The position numbers and the translations under genes are program-made. The notes beneath the pieces were generated by a model, which had not been told where the DNA came from, did not search any database, and saw nothing but the letters and a program-made list of their open reading frames with translations. Positions 49,864-63,096 of a stretch of DNA of 64,000 bases are shown one piece after another (within the stretch, counting starts at the first letter, position 1; each line of letters begins with the position of its first letter). The stretch covers positions 2,314,131-2,378,130 of the forward strand of contig NC_134033.1 in assembly GCF_964204645.1 (NCBI RefSeq), in the 5' to 3' direction. The stretch is from Tubulanus polymorphus. Its lineage: Eukaryota; Animalia; Nemertea.

Positions 49864-52800
49864 GTTGTTGATGCTCAGCGTTGTATGATCCGTTAAAACG
49901 GCACCTGTATTAAAGACATTCACAGAAAAAAATGGAACTACGTAGCACATTTAAGGGCACTATAACAGCTGCCACACTGGGAGTACCCTTTTGCGGGTAT
50001 GGTACCCGTTGTATTGGGTCATCAATGGTACCCTCCCCCTAAAGGTAAAATGCCAATCCACAGGGTGAAATTAAGAACCTTTCAAACAAAGGGTATACCA
50101 GGTATCACCCGCAATAGTGATGTTAAGAACCACATTAGATCAAGGGTACTGCAGTCACCTAAAGAATAGATTTATCGTAAAAGTAAAAAATTCGACCTCG
50201 AAAATCAACATCAGTTGATGGCCGTTCCGTCGAACCGTGTTCAGAACTTACTCACGTGTTTGGTAGAACTGGCCTCAGTAGTTATGCTCGCTCCATCGAA
50301 CTGCCTCTTTAAATAATGCCAACCCGATCGATAACTCGCCAACATCATGATATCAATGTTGCGTTTGTTCAGGCGCTGTAAGTGTGAAATTTGAATCATC
50401 TCTCATCCATCTACCGAAAAATTTCAACAATTTAAAAGCAGCTGGCAAAAATTGAAATTAGCTGAAATCGGAGTAATATTTGTTTCCGATATCTATTTCA
50501 TATCCATAGAATAAACGAATTTTACTAAAAATTCAGATAACATCGTGAAATACGACTTTCTCTGCGTAGAAAGGCGTCTTTCCCCCCGATAGACGTTATA
50601 TACATGTACAGACCCCTCTGAGCAACAAATAGTAAATCAATAAACAGTAAACCTTGCGTAAGTCGGATCGGCGAAAGTCGGATAATTACGGAAACGGCGG
50701 GCATGGATCTCGACGGAAAATCGAATTTTGAATTAAAGAAGAAAATATCTGAATTTATGTCGAAATAATCACTCGCCATATAATCGGCAATAATATTCAT
50801 CAATCGTAAATGATTTTATGTTGAGATATATCCCAACTGAAAATAAGATTTTTATTTCTCGTAAATGATGTCCCCAGGACGCTTCCGTAGATAATCGCTT
50901 ACATCGGATTTATAATATTGATGGCCCGATTGTTCCTTCTCTTTTTCAGCGAAAAAATTATATTCGAAAGTCGGATTTCATATAAGTCGGAAATTCGTAA
51001 CACTTTTCTTCGTCCCAAAATAAGATTTCAGTTAAAATCCCTCGTCGAAAGTCGAAGGGCTATTTTCCTGCCATTGCAGTTTGATTTTTTCCCTGTTCCG
51101 ACCCGTGTTCCTGGCTTGAAATGGACCCCCCGTCTTTATTTTCAATCTAGTAACTTGTCAAAGTTATGTTCATCTTAATTTTCAACCTCGTGATTTGCAA
51201 AGAAGTTAGTTATTTTTTTCCATTTTTCCGATCAAATGAATCAAATTCATAAAAATTGTCACTGCATTTTTATATCTTTCAGCAGTCCTTACGAGGCTTT
51301 ATACAGGAGATACTCAAATAATAATTTAGAAATAAACATTTAATTTCATATTTAATTTCCCTTCCATTTTGAAACGCCTATTATAAAGATATCGTAATTT
51401 TTCCCCCTCGCCCTCCAATTTTTTCTCTTGAAAAAATCCGTGCTTCAAAATTTGTGGGGGGGGGGGGGACTGCACCCTGCCTATGAACGACCGACCCCGA
51501 TTCTACCAACGTTTTCACGTAAAAAAAAGCCAAAACAATTACATTGTTTGACGTAGATTTTACGCGACGTCAAAACAATCAAATTATGAGGATACAGATT
51601 TCTGTTTTGTCACAAATCGGCTGGAGGAAAATAAGGTTCAGATTCAGATTCAATTTTTATCGTTCACAAATTTTACAATTCGCATCGAACAAAAATATAC
51701 ATCGATTATTGATAAATAAAAAATGACGGTATAACAGCGTGGGGAGTTCACAGTTTACAATTTGATTTGAGCATATTCGAATAAATCTAGAAAGATTTAT
51801 CGAGAATTCCTTGATCTTTTGTACAGAAAAGGGAGTTCATATTTTCAAAATTTGAAGCTGACCAAAATCTTCTAGGGATTAGTTTTAATGTCCCTGATCA
51901 ACCATCGCTTACACAGTACGGTAATATATATTTAAAAAAAAAAACTTTAAAATAATTTTAGAATAATTTTTTTCCAATGCAATCCTATACCGATCGATAC
52001 TCGCGTATCGAATTTCCACGCACTTTATTTTTGAATAGGTAATTCAAGATATATTTTCAGTTTGTTCAGTTTGGCTCAAAATGGAGACGTTTTGAAGCGT
52101 GATCCATCAGTAAACGCAGGAAATATAAGTACGTAAATCATACAGCGAAGTGAATTGGTATCAATTTTCATTTCCGTTTGACAACGTCACCCGGTACTAA
52201 TCCGATCCTCTACAGCCTCTATCCTACAACTTCCCCGATTTGAATGGAACCTACCGGGACCAAAGTCATACGAGTGAACGCGAGAATGAATCCCACAATA
52301 ATTGAGCCAAAATGCCGCAATTTTTTTGAATATTCGAAATGTAATATATCGGGCGTAGTTTTTAGCCGAAACGTCGCTCAAATATGTATACATTTCAATT
52401 TAACAACTCTGCATTTTTGGCTCAATTATTGTGGGATTTCTCGCGTTTAAATTCATCATACACGAATATTGTGTGGTTATCGACCTTTCATACAAGTTTC
52501 ATTGTATATTCAACGCAATAATGCAAGCAGACTTTATGAATATCAAACGAGAGACCTAAGTTGTTGCGGTACGAATTAAGGTCGGAATCCGAAGGTTGAG
52601 TGCTTCAAAATCCATTCGAACAAATTTGTTCTCACGTCGAGGGGACTTTTAACACGTAGCTACCAGCGGCGTCGATCAAAAGTAGTTTAGATATGGTACC
52701 AAACGCTCCTGGATCCAGTTCCACAGTTGTGAGTTGAGATTTGACTCAGAGTTAATTCATCGAAAATGAGCTGATTTCAACTCGGAGTAGTTAACTCTGA

Positions 52801-53724
52801 CTGTGGACCCGAACCCGCTTATTCGAAGATACTGGGGAACTCCTGATTCGAATATTCTCGGAGCTACCCGCGCAATTGTTACCTCGCTTGCCGAGATAAA
52901 CAAAGCCCGACAAGCGAGATTGACTAGGTGGGGACGAATCCCGACTGAACCACACCGACCTCGGCTACCAGTGCCCGCTCTAGACCAGCCGGGTTCATCG
53001 AGGTTTTAATCCTAAAATAAGAGTCAAACTGTTTTTTTTCTTGCAGTTACACAAACTACGGCAAAACGTTGTCAGGGGCTGGGCGGCCACTTATATTCTA
53101 TCCCTAACGTGCACGTTGTTTTCCCCGACTTGATCTGCAAGGATCCAATCGACACAAGTCAACAAATACGTAAGACATAGACAGAAACGGTGATTTTACG
53201 CATAATCTGACCTTCTCAACAAATATCCCTGACTTTTAGCTCTTTTCTTCACAAAATTCCCTGACTTTAAAAAAAAAGAAGTTTTCCCTGATTTCCAGGT
53301 GAGCGGCGCCCTGGTTAAGAATAGTAATCAAATAAAATGGCTAACAAACAAATTATTTCGTTAAAGTTAATTACAATTCATTTATCTTTTATTTTAGACA
53401 AATATTTACACATATCTATATAATATCTCATTATTTTGTGGTTTTTATAATAATAGTAATAATATTAATAATAATACATGTATTTATATTTTTTTTCTTT
53501 CTTACATATATATTTGGCTGGCCGTAAAGTGTAGCACAATTAATTAATAATGTTATCGATTTAAAAAAATGTCCAACTTTATTTCTAGAGCCAGGAGCGA
53601 AGATAGTGACACTGACTTAACTGCCAGGGTCAGCACAGATAAGGTCTGTATAAAAAGAATGAAGACACAAGATGACTTGTTTCCTACACAGTAAACTCTG
53701 CCTTACTCAAGCAGTGCTGTAAAT

Positions 53725-54050
53725 TGAGTTGAGAATCAGGGAACTCGATTGCTGTCAATATTTCACCGAGTTGACAATCAGGGAACTCGGTAGCGTTTTT
53801 GGTTGGATCGCTGTCAACATTTTGCGAGGGTACACTGTAGCGTGTCGAGACTACTGTCAATATTTCAACGAGTTGACAATCAGGGAACTCGGTAGCGTGT
53901 CGAGACTACTGTCAATATTTCAACGAGTTGACAATCAGGGAACTCGGTAGCGTGTTGAGACCGCTGTAAATACTTCAACGAGTTGACAATCAGGGAACTC
54001 GGTAGCGTGTTGAGACTGCTGTAAATATTTTACCGAGTTGAGAATCAGAG
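53725..54050. repeat. Second copy of the composite ~55-bp repeat
   Basis: Same unit as 47715-48240 with fewer copies. Confidence 0.9.
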
Positions 54051-54499
54051 AGATTAAAGGTTTTCCAAATATGTCTTAGTCCTAAGGCAGAGTCTTCTGT
54101 ATACGCAGGAGTCCTCTCAATTTCTTTTTCTTAAAGACACAAACTTAATCCGTTTTTTGGATTAAACCGAACCCGAATCTATCCTAAAACCGGGTTCGAC
54201 TTGTATCTCCGCGTACATGCAGGTCATCAACGTGGTACACAGGGGTTTTAAAAATAACATTCAACATTTTCTAATCACGTCAAGGGGCGCGAGTAGCGTT
54301 TAAAAGAGAACGACGACGATCACCGGTCCTCATCGTGTAGATAATAAATAAAAAACTTTTTTTTTCGTTCAATATCCAGGGTTCTTATCGATCAGGGGGA
54401 TAAAAAGATTCCCTCGATCCGGGTTCCACAGATCGGAGTCACAAGATTCAACTCTACAGCGACGTTTCTTTTAATTCTCACGATATTTCCGTGACCCTC

Positions 54500-54930
54500 G
54501 ACCAAAAATTCCCTGATTGAACTATAAGATATCCTCAGTGGGGACTATCAAGAGGTTCCTTGTGTCACTTGTCACCAGCAAGAACAACAAGACACCAAAA
54601 ATTCAAATTCCCTGATTAAATTATAAGATATCCTCAGTGAGGGATGTTTCTTATCGAGAGGTTCCTCGTGTCACTCGTCACCAGCAAGAACGACAAGACA
54701 TCAAAAATTCAAATTCCCTGATTGAATTATAAGATATCCTCAGTGGAGGCTGTTTCTTATCAAGAGGTTCATTGTGTCACTCGTCACCAGCAAGAACAAG
54801 ACACCAAAAATTCAAATATCCAAATTAAGTCATAAGATTAGATAGCCTCGGTGAGGGCTGTTTCTTATCAAGAGGTTCCTCTGCGTCACTTGTTACCAAC
54901 AAAAACAACAAGAAACCAAAAATTCAGTTC
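54500..54930. repeat. ~105-bp tandem repeat, about 4 copies (fewer copies at 48700-48865)
   Basis: Recurrent CCTGATT(A/G)AATTATAAGATATCCTCAGTG...GTCACCAGCAAGAAC...CCAAAAATTCAAA. Confidence 0.8.
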
Positions 54931-55696
54931 AAATTGCCTCATTTCTAAGGAAACAGTTTGAATAAGTCCCTAGTTTACCCTGCAGGGAAAAATAATCATC
55001 GAGTCTAGTTGCATAGACTGGTTAACTTCAACCCGATGGTTTACTCAATTGAAAACAAATTCAGTTTAGTCCCTTATTTTCCCTGATCCTTTAGAACCCT
55101 GGCGCCGGTTTTAAAGACGGATACTAACTTTAACCCGAGGGCAAACCCAATTCAATTTGAATTGAGATAACACCAGTCTATAAAACTGAGCCCTGAAAAT
55201 CGTACACGACCACCGAGTTCAAACGTGGCCCGCTAAAATATCCGTCTGCCATACGCTCGCCGCGTCGACAGCTACAAATAGAGAAAAACCAAACCGCATG
55301 CAGATGAAAATTCCGACGACTAAATATAAATTCACGACGCGAGACGCGCGCTTGCGCCGAGCGTATTACGTAATATCCAACAACAGCAACAACAACGGTA
55401 AGCGTTTAAAAAATCCGTCTGCCTAAAATTCCGAAGACGTACCTCCGCGCGACCTTGAAAACCGTCATCGGCCACGACCAGACGTAGTCTACTACCTATA
55501 TACAAATCACACGCGAATCCCGAACATTTTTTTCCTCTCAACTCGAATCCTCTAAAGTCCGCGTCGCTTTTCCCGACCGAAATTAAATCGTCAATTTTTA
55601 CTCGCGAAATATATTCTTCTTTCTTCTATCGTCAGTTCGTTTTTGTTTTTTTTGTTTTCCGAAGTCCGTTCCCGTCGGTGGCGCCGATATTCGCGT

Positions 55697-56413
55697 TCAG
55701 ACGGCCGTGTGCGATTTTTCTACGATCGGTCGCGCGTACTCCACGAAGTCGTCGATCAAAACCGGCCACGCGCCTGAAAAAAAATACGGAGACAATGTTT
55801 CAAAATTCGTTGAATCTGCACGACCCAGTTCCACAGTTGTGAGTTTTCACAGTTTGATTGATTAAGTTTTGCCAGAGCAAACAAAGCGCTAAAAAAATAT
55901 CAAGACACAAGTTTCGACTTTGTTTGACAATATGTCACATTGACATCCATTTCACTTGAAAAGTCACGTAGCATGAAAATCAATTCTAATTCTGGACCCA
56001 ATTCCACATTAAAATTTTAAACCTAAATCAGGGGCTCAAATATCAACTGACATTTCACCACCTTCAAAATTCGAATGTGCCCTCCAAAAAGTCAGGAAAC
56101 GTTTTTTCAAAGAAAAACGAATATCTCAAAGTGACTAAAAATAAATCCAAATGTGTCTGTCCTGATACGGGCAGAAACTCCTAAATTTTCCATGGGTGGA
56201 CCACCAGGACGCTACCAGTGTTTCCCTTGCAGTCCCCGTATCGCGAAATCTGCCCTTTACAAATTAAGTGCCCATTCCAATTTTGAAGTCCACTCCTTCA
56301 AAGAACCCTTGAAGCAGTACCCAGTATGGCGGAGTTTACTCGTCCCAGCCACAGTTGTGAGTTAACTTCAATCAACAATTGTTGAACTGGGTCCTTATTC
56401 AGGGTCCCGAGGG

Positions 56414-56458
<45 letters not shown>

Positions 56459-59400
56459 TATGATCAGTCATTCCAGAATTCAAGGACTTTTCGAGGAATT
56501 TTCAAGGAGAAAATTTCAAATTTCGATGAGTGTATACATCACTCTCATATCCCAATCACAGTACAACACTCCTCCCTAATTGGTTCTGTTGATCTTGGCA
56601 AACCATTAATTCAGTGGAATCTGTACTTATTAGGCCTTTTACCGCTAACTACTAGGCTTAAAACCTGAAAACTTTCTAGTTGCTAATTTCTCCAAATTCA
56701 AGGAGTTTTAAAGGACTTTTGAGCATTTTTCTCACTTTTTATGCGGATGAAAAACATTTTTGGTTTAGAAGTTTTCAAGGAACCGTAAGGACGACCCTGT
56801 TATTAAAGCCCCCCGGAAGGAATTGAATAAAATAGATTTCGAAACGAACCCTCCTCGTCGTAGTTACTCATGTTATCGTCGATTTGTTGACTAAAATCTA
56901 ATAAGAGATTCCAAGTATCTTTCGGGATCGCGCGTTTGTGATGTTCCTACGAACGAGAAATAAACAAAATATCAATTTCATTCGCCATCAGATGGACGTG
57001 AATTTTGCCGATTAATGATCAAATAGGCCTACATTTTCACAAGGTTTCATAAACCCTTTCAGTGCGGACTAATTAATACCCTATAGTGCTGGAGATAATT
57101 TAAAAATTTTGAAAAATTCCATCCTAATGTGTTGAATAATGGGAATACCACTTAGCGCGTCTACACCGCGGCACGGTGTATGGTTCATTACTAATACTTC
57201 ACTATGTTTGACAGGTGCTGCCATCTCTCAAGAGAGATAATTACTAATTACATCAATACACCGCAGTGCGGTGTACTAGCAAAATCCATCACCGATTTAT
57301 ACACCGCACTGCGGTGTATACGCACTGAAAGGGTTCAATTAAAACGGCATTAAAAGATTTTTTTTGCGTTCGACGAGAGATTATACCTCTAAAAACTGAC
57401 ACCATAGATCTAAGAATCGAAATCTGCCACGTAGAACTATATTCCAGTAAGCTATAGCCATATCCAAATCTGAAATGCAAATAATAAACGACATCTACAT
57501 ATAAACCATGAGCCTTACCATCATAAAATCATCCAAATATCTTTTCATAAATCATTCCCTCTGAAGACCTTTCTAGAAATGATGGCTGCCTCTATAAATC
57601 CCCCCCATGACAACATCAAATTATCCAAATATCTTTTCATTCATTCCCTCTAAAGACCTTTCTAGAAAAGATGGCAGCCTCTATAAATCCCCTTATGACA
57701 TCATCAAATTTTCCAAACATCTTTTCATTCATTCCCTCTAAAGACCTTTCTAGAAAAGATGGCTGCCTCTATAAATCCCTCTATGACATCATCAAATTAC
57801 GCGGCTATTTCATCCCTAGAAAACGTGGTTGCATTCATAAATCCCCCTATGACATCATTGAATTATCCGAATTTTCGATCGATTGATGCTTCCAGAAAAG
57901 ATGGCCGACTTCATAAATCCCCCTATGACACCATGAAATTGCCTGCTGATGATTTGAATTTCAATTCAATTCAATAAAATCTTTATTGCATGAAGCAATG
58001 AGAATCCAGAAAAGTCAAATGCCTTCATCAAAATCCCCTTTATTGACATCATTTTCTAAACTCGAATTACGGAGTTTTTTTATGATCAGCGAATACTGAT
58101 ATGCAGGTTTCCATGACCCTGTTTTCATTCTTCACTTAATCCCTCCGGGCGACCGTATTTTACGCTTACCTAATCCTTTTTGACCGGGATTTTTCGCGTA
58201 ATTAAACGTGAACTGATAAAAATCTTTGAACTTCAAAACGTCTTTGATCTCGTTCTCTAGCGTGTTGCACTTCGTTTTTAGTTTCTCGATCGCGTCGCAG
58301 CTGAAACGATGAACGAACGAACGAAACGATAAATAGGTCAGAAAATCGACGAGCTCAACCTTGAAAAACAGTTCAGTTAACCGCGTACACGAATAGGCCT
58401 AATAACAGATATCCAAGTTCGATGGATCAGACCTGACTTGATTGTTGTTACAACCATAAACTACAGTCGGGGTCCCTTTTCAGGGAGATTTTAAGGAGAA
58501 AATTTCAAATTGCCAGGAGCGTATGTATCAGTATCAGCCCCCGGAAAATTGCCCCCTAGACAATCGCCCCCCAAATTAAATCTTTTTAATCTTAAAGTAA
58601 CACAGATATTTACTTAAAATTAATTACACAAAGTGAACTAATTCTAGCTAATTACTCTAGGACTGATTTAAAGTTTTTGATTGGCTAAAGTAACTCTAAA
58701 ACTAATTCCAATAAATCGGCCAACGTTAACTAATGCACTAATAAGTGGACTAATTAAGTTTCCTTTAATTTGGTAAGTGAATTATAATTACACAAGGACT
58801 GATTTAAAGTTTTTGATCTGCACACAACATCAGTAATTCTATATAATATAAATCTATATTCAATAATATACAAATGAATTTCCAAGTAAAGTATTTAGGT
58901 GGTATTAATCCAAATCGAAAAGAATTTTATTCGGGGGGGGGGGGGGGGGCAATTGTCCTAGAATCGTATGTATCAGTTCCATATCCTGATTACTGTAGAC
59001 TCCTCCTAAATCGTTACCGTTTATCTCGGTAAACAGTTCATTCAGTGATATTGTAAGTAAATATAATCCTTTACACTAACCAACCAACCTTTGGTTTCTA
59101 ATTCAGTAACCGCATACTGCGTGTATTAGGCCTACGAATACTGCTGACTAGGCCTAAAACCTAAACATTTTGAAATTGCCAATTACTCGAAAACTCAAGG
59201 GGTTTTCAATGACTTTGCGAGTTGATGTGCACTACGTCATTAATATTTGCGTTGCAAAATAACAACAATTACAATAATGAATTTTAGCGTGTATTTTGTG
59301 ATTAGATATATTTCATAGGTTTTATTTTCTTAATAAATCTTAATAATCATTTTTGATAGAATGTGCACTACGTCATCGATATACCTGGTTGCCTGTCAAT

Positions 59401-62400
59401 TCAATTAAATTATCGATATATTCAAATCCACAATAACTTTATCAACCATTATGATGTAATAATTCTATATCATTTTATCGTTGACGATATGAAGCGATTT
59501 ATTTTTTCAAGGCGTCAATAAACTTTCAAGTTAAGTTTTTTTTTTTACTCGTTTCATACTGACCCTAACTCGGTCATTCCGTTGTAGAATTCTTCCTTCG
59601 TGAATTCGCATTGCGTCGCCGCCTTGAATTTCCACGCGATGATCAACACGACTCGGTTCTCCGGTTGGAGACCGAGGTCGTTCAGTAGTTTGATTATTCC
59701 TTCAGACGTAATCTTCTCCTCTTCTTCGTGAGGATCTGAAAATCACACGTGCACGATGACATCATAGGGGGATTCATAGCAGATGTAACTACAGCTAAAG
59801 GGTCTAAAGAACCAATATTACTAGACAATTTGAGATGTCATAGGGGGATTCATAGACTAAGAGGTAGCCATGTTTTCTGGGAATGTCATAGGGGGATTTA
59901 TGGAGGCAGGCATAATTTCTAGAAGTGTTTAAGAAACATTTTGATGATGTCATAGGGGGATTTATAGAGGCAGGTGTAATTTCTACAAGTGTCTAATAGA
60001 CGATTTGATGATGTCATAGGGGGATTTATGGAGGCAGGCGTAATTTCTACAAGTGCCTAATAGACAATTTGATGATGTCATAGAAGGATTTATGGATGCA
60101 GACAATTTTTAGGGATGGGTTTCATGATAAAATCTTACAGACGCTATACGATGATGTCATAGGGGGACTTATGGAGGCAGATTATATCTTTTCTGGAAGG
60201 GTCTATATCATTCTGATGATGTCATAGGGGATTCATTGAAGCAGCTTTATACTATCACAGTGGATTTATGTAAAGAAAAATAAATTTTTGTTTTTTTTTT
60301 AGAAGAATTTTTCAATCAATAAGAGTTACTCTAACGAACATTTTTTTTTGCTGGAAACCACAACGAACCTTTATATCGAGTGAAAGCCTGTTCGAGTTTC
60401 TTGCGATCCACTTTGTTCGGTTTGTATCGGTCGGGGGCCTGGAAGTAGTTGTCGCAAGCGGTCGCTAGTTTCCAGTCGTGCGACGTTAAACACTGAATCG
60501 CCGTGTCCTCGCGAGTGTTCGTGAACGCTATAAACTGCCTCACTTTCTCTCTCTGAGACGCCTTCAATTTATGCTGAAATCAATAAAAACCGTAGGTCAC
60601 CGTTTATAGTTGGGCAGGAGATATTTTGCCGACGCGGTATTTATTCCCGTTGATGCTATTTTTTGCCATCGGCGCGTTCTGATTGGCTAATCCACGCCGC
60701 GCACGCGCGCTGAGGTGCGCCACTTAGAAATTTCAAGGAAAGTGTGGATGACAGAGTTAGAGAAAATAGGAGCATAGAGCGGGATTCGAACCCGGACCAG
60801 CGCATTGCTAGTTTAACATCTCATCACCGCGTATAGTTTATTTGAGTGGTTACCTAATCGTTGGTGGTAAGCTAATCAGATGGGCTTTTTTGAAAACATC
60901 CGGGTCCGGTTGCTCAAAAGTTGGTTAAGAGTTAACCAGTGGATAGTTGATATGGTGACAATTGAAATTTCATTGTTACTATGGTATTTAAAGGCCGACA
61001 ATCTTGAACCAACTTTCGAGCAACTGGCCCCAGATCGTGAAACTAAACCACAGACAGCAGGGTTCGAACTAAGAAAAAAATCCACTAGTCAAAGGGGCAA
61101 GATGATTTCTAATTTCACAAGTCCGACTAAAAATCCATTAGTCCGATCGCGAATACAATAGTCCCGAACTGTCGGACTAGCGCTTAGTTCAAACCCCGGA
61201 CAAGGCACTGACTATGACTACATTTACCGAGCCACACCACCAGTCACCTTTACCTTTGACCTGCAGGGGCGGGTACATAGGCTAATCTAGGACTTGTCGA
61301 ACGCAAAAAAGAGCACCTTCATATTTGCAAAAAGGCAATATTAGGAATACTCAGGGTCTAACCGCACTACTCACAGGGGACCTGACGCAAAAAGTTTTTG
61401 ACTCCGGAATCATAGACATAGGTACTATGTATAAAAATATTTTTAGGATACTGGGGTCAAAAACTTCAGGTGTCAGGTCCCCGTGGCACTACTGCAGTTT
61501 TTAAGCGGCGCACCACAGTGGATGGAAAGGTGACCGTCCTTAGTAGTGTTGTTAGAGAATATCGTTTTGGTAAATGTACAAGGTTAGGTAAATAACTAAC
61601 TATTTAGGGACATTCTGAAGCGCATTCGCTACCAAAGTTTTTATCATAGAACGGTAGAAGTATCGGTGTTAATGTCTATTCATTAATGGATGAGACCTGT
61701 TTTTCTTGGATATTTTGCTTACTTTTTGGGGTACATACCTCATTTATGTCTTTACACAATGCCAAAAATCGCGGACAACAACTGAATATCCGATATATTT
61801 CCAGTTCTGTACCAATTAGATGGATTGGCAAAAAGACTCCTTAAGTCCAATTGAATGAGAGAGAAAATCCTCCATTTTGTGAAATTTCTTGAATTTTTAC
61901 ATTGTCACCATGCCTACGAAATGAAGTTATTTTTCTTGTGGGGTCTCAACAACTAAATCAGGGTGGCGAAGGCATGGTAACAATGTTCAAATCCAAGAAA
62001 TTTGACAAAATGGAGGATTTTCTCTCTCATTCAACTGGACTTAAGGAGTCTTTTTGCCAATCCATCTAATTGGTACAGAACTGGAAATATATCGGATATT
62101 CAGTTGTTGTCCGCGATTTTTGGCATTCTGTTAAGACATAAATGAGGTATGTACCCCAAAAAGTAAACAAAATATCCCAGAAAAACAGGTCTCATCAATT
62201 AATAAATAGACATTAGACCACGTAGATTTATTAGACTGAAAGGAGCCAGAGGAGGGGACAGCACCCCCCCCCCCCCCAAGTAAACAGCCCCAACTAAATT
62301 ATCGCTTCTGTCAAGGTTTGAACTTCGTTTCTTCGACATTTAAAACTCGAATCTAATAAAAAATGACAATCTATTGAAATAACCCGCTGGAGTTGAGTGG

Positions 62401-62440
62401 AACCCGAGTAATCGGTATTTATTCATCCAGTGTTTACCAT
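55697..62440 (-). CDS. DCUN1D1: DCN1-like neddylation E3 (DCUN1D1/2 ortholog); exons 62438-62440 (ATG only), 60369-60573, 59564-59735, 58170-58300, 57387-57469, 56850-56946, 55697-55773
   Basis: M|[14 protein letters not shown] (UBA-like), [86 protein letters not shown]; all junctions GT-AG and phase-compatible. Confidence 0.95.
56414..56457. repeat. (TAA)n microsatellite in a DCN1 intron
   Basis: Direct observation. Confidence 0.95.
57054..57333. mobile_element. piggyBac-like MITE in a DCN1 intron
   Basis: CCCTTTCAGTGC ... GCACTGAAAGGG. Confidence 0.75.
57520..57940 (+). repeat. Degenerate satellite array with core ATAAATCCCCCTATGACATCATCAAA
   Basis: About 5 cores in the intron between DCN1 exons 4 and 5. 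Confidence 0.8.
59755..60240 (-). repeat. Same satellite in inverted orientation
   Basis: About 8 cores TGATGTCATAGGGGGATTTAT in the intron between DCN1 exons 2 and 3. Confidence 0.8.
60675..60835 (-). mobile_element. tRNA-derived SINE (same family as 27777-27945)
   Basis: GGGATTCGAACCC (B box on minus strand), TCTGATTGGCT tail, shared body. Confidence 0.6.
61670..62215. mobile_element. Foldback / long-TIR MITE: ~250-bp inverted arms with a ~50-bp spacer
   Basis: 61670-61918 is nearly the reverse complement of 61968-62215; begins and ends with TA. Confidence 0.8.
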
Positions 62441-62459
62441 TTTTCAGCATCGACATCAA

Positions 62460-62502
62460 AACCGGAAGTCCTACGCTTTACCAGGCTGCCGCGCATGCGC
62501 GT
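62460..62502. promoter_or_regulatory. DCN1 proximal promoter motifs (ETS CCGGAAGT; NRF1-type GCGCATGCGC)
   Basis: Consensus matches 20-60 bp upstream of the ATG-only exon. Confidence 0.55.
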
Positions 62503-63096
62503 AGATGATAAGCTGAGCGAGAACGGGGTGGCTCCGATTTTATGGAGTGCTCCTACAGTGTGCCCCGAAAATCTTAATTCGCCTAATCGGGCGGGAGATG
62601 ATTTCATTGTAACATCGAATACTAACCAAAAACGAGTATCGTAAGTTACCCTCACTAATACAAGAAAACAACCATTTTTCTCTGCGGCAACGGTCGGCTT
62701 TTATTTTCACCGATCGTGGTACACGTTTACTATTTCCAACAAGTTTAGTCTTTTATCATACGTAATTTGAAGGTTTGCAAATTCTATTTCGAGTTAATGA
62801 AACATGCAAACTACACGAAAATCTATTTAAGGTTACGTCGACACAATGCCTGGCGCTGTTTTCAGACACTGCACCAAAGAAATGATGAAATGCGAAAATA
62901 GTTTGTCGTATCGTGGACGCCTAGTTTATGAGTCTTTTGTTAGATAAATTACAGCGTGTGGCAATTCTATGGCGAAGAATCAACCGGCGTGATGAAACGG
63001 CGAAGAATCTACGTCCAATTTACGCTTCACTTAGGGACGATTCGACCGGAGGCAAATAATAGAACCAAGTCTAGCAGAGCTTTCATACCGCTAGTG

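Larger units (their letters stand above)
42997..54660. repeat. Recent direct tandem duplication of a ~6 kb unit (about 42997-48865 and 49028-54660)
   Basis: Near-identical sequence at offset 6000 (e.g. 45721 vs 51721) and offset 5836 (45082 vs 50918). Confidence 0.95.

Noticed and set aside
44689-53950. Pairs of near-identical short ORFs in the track
   Set aside because: Similarity reflects the recent duplication, not coding constraint.
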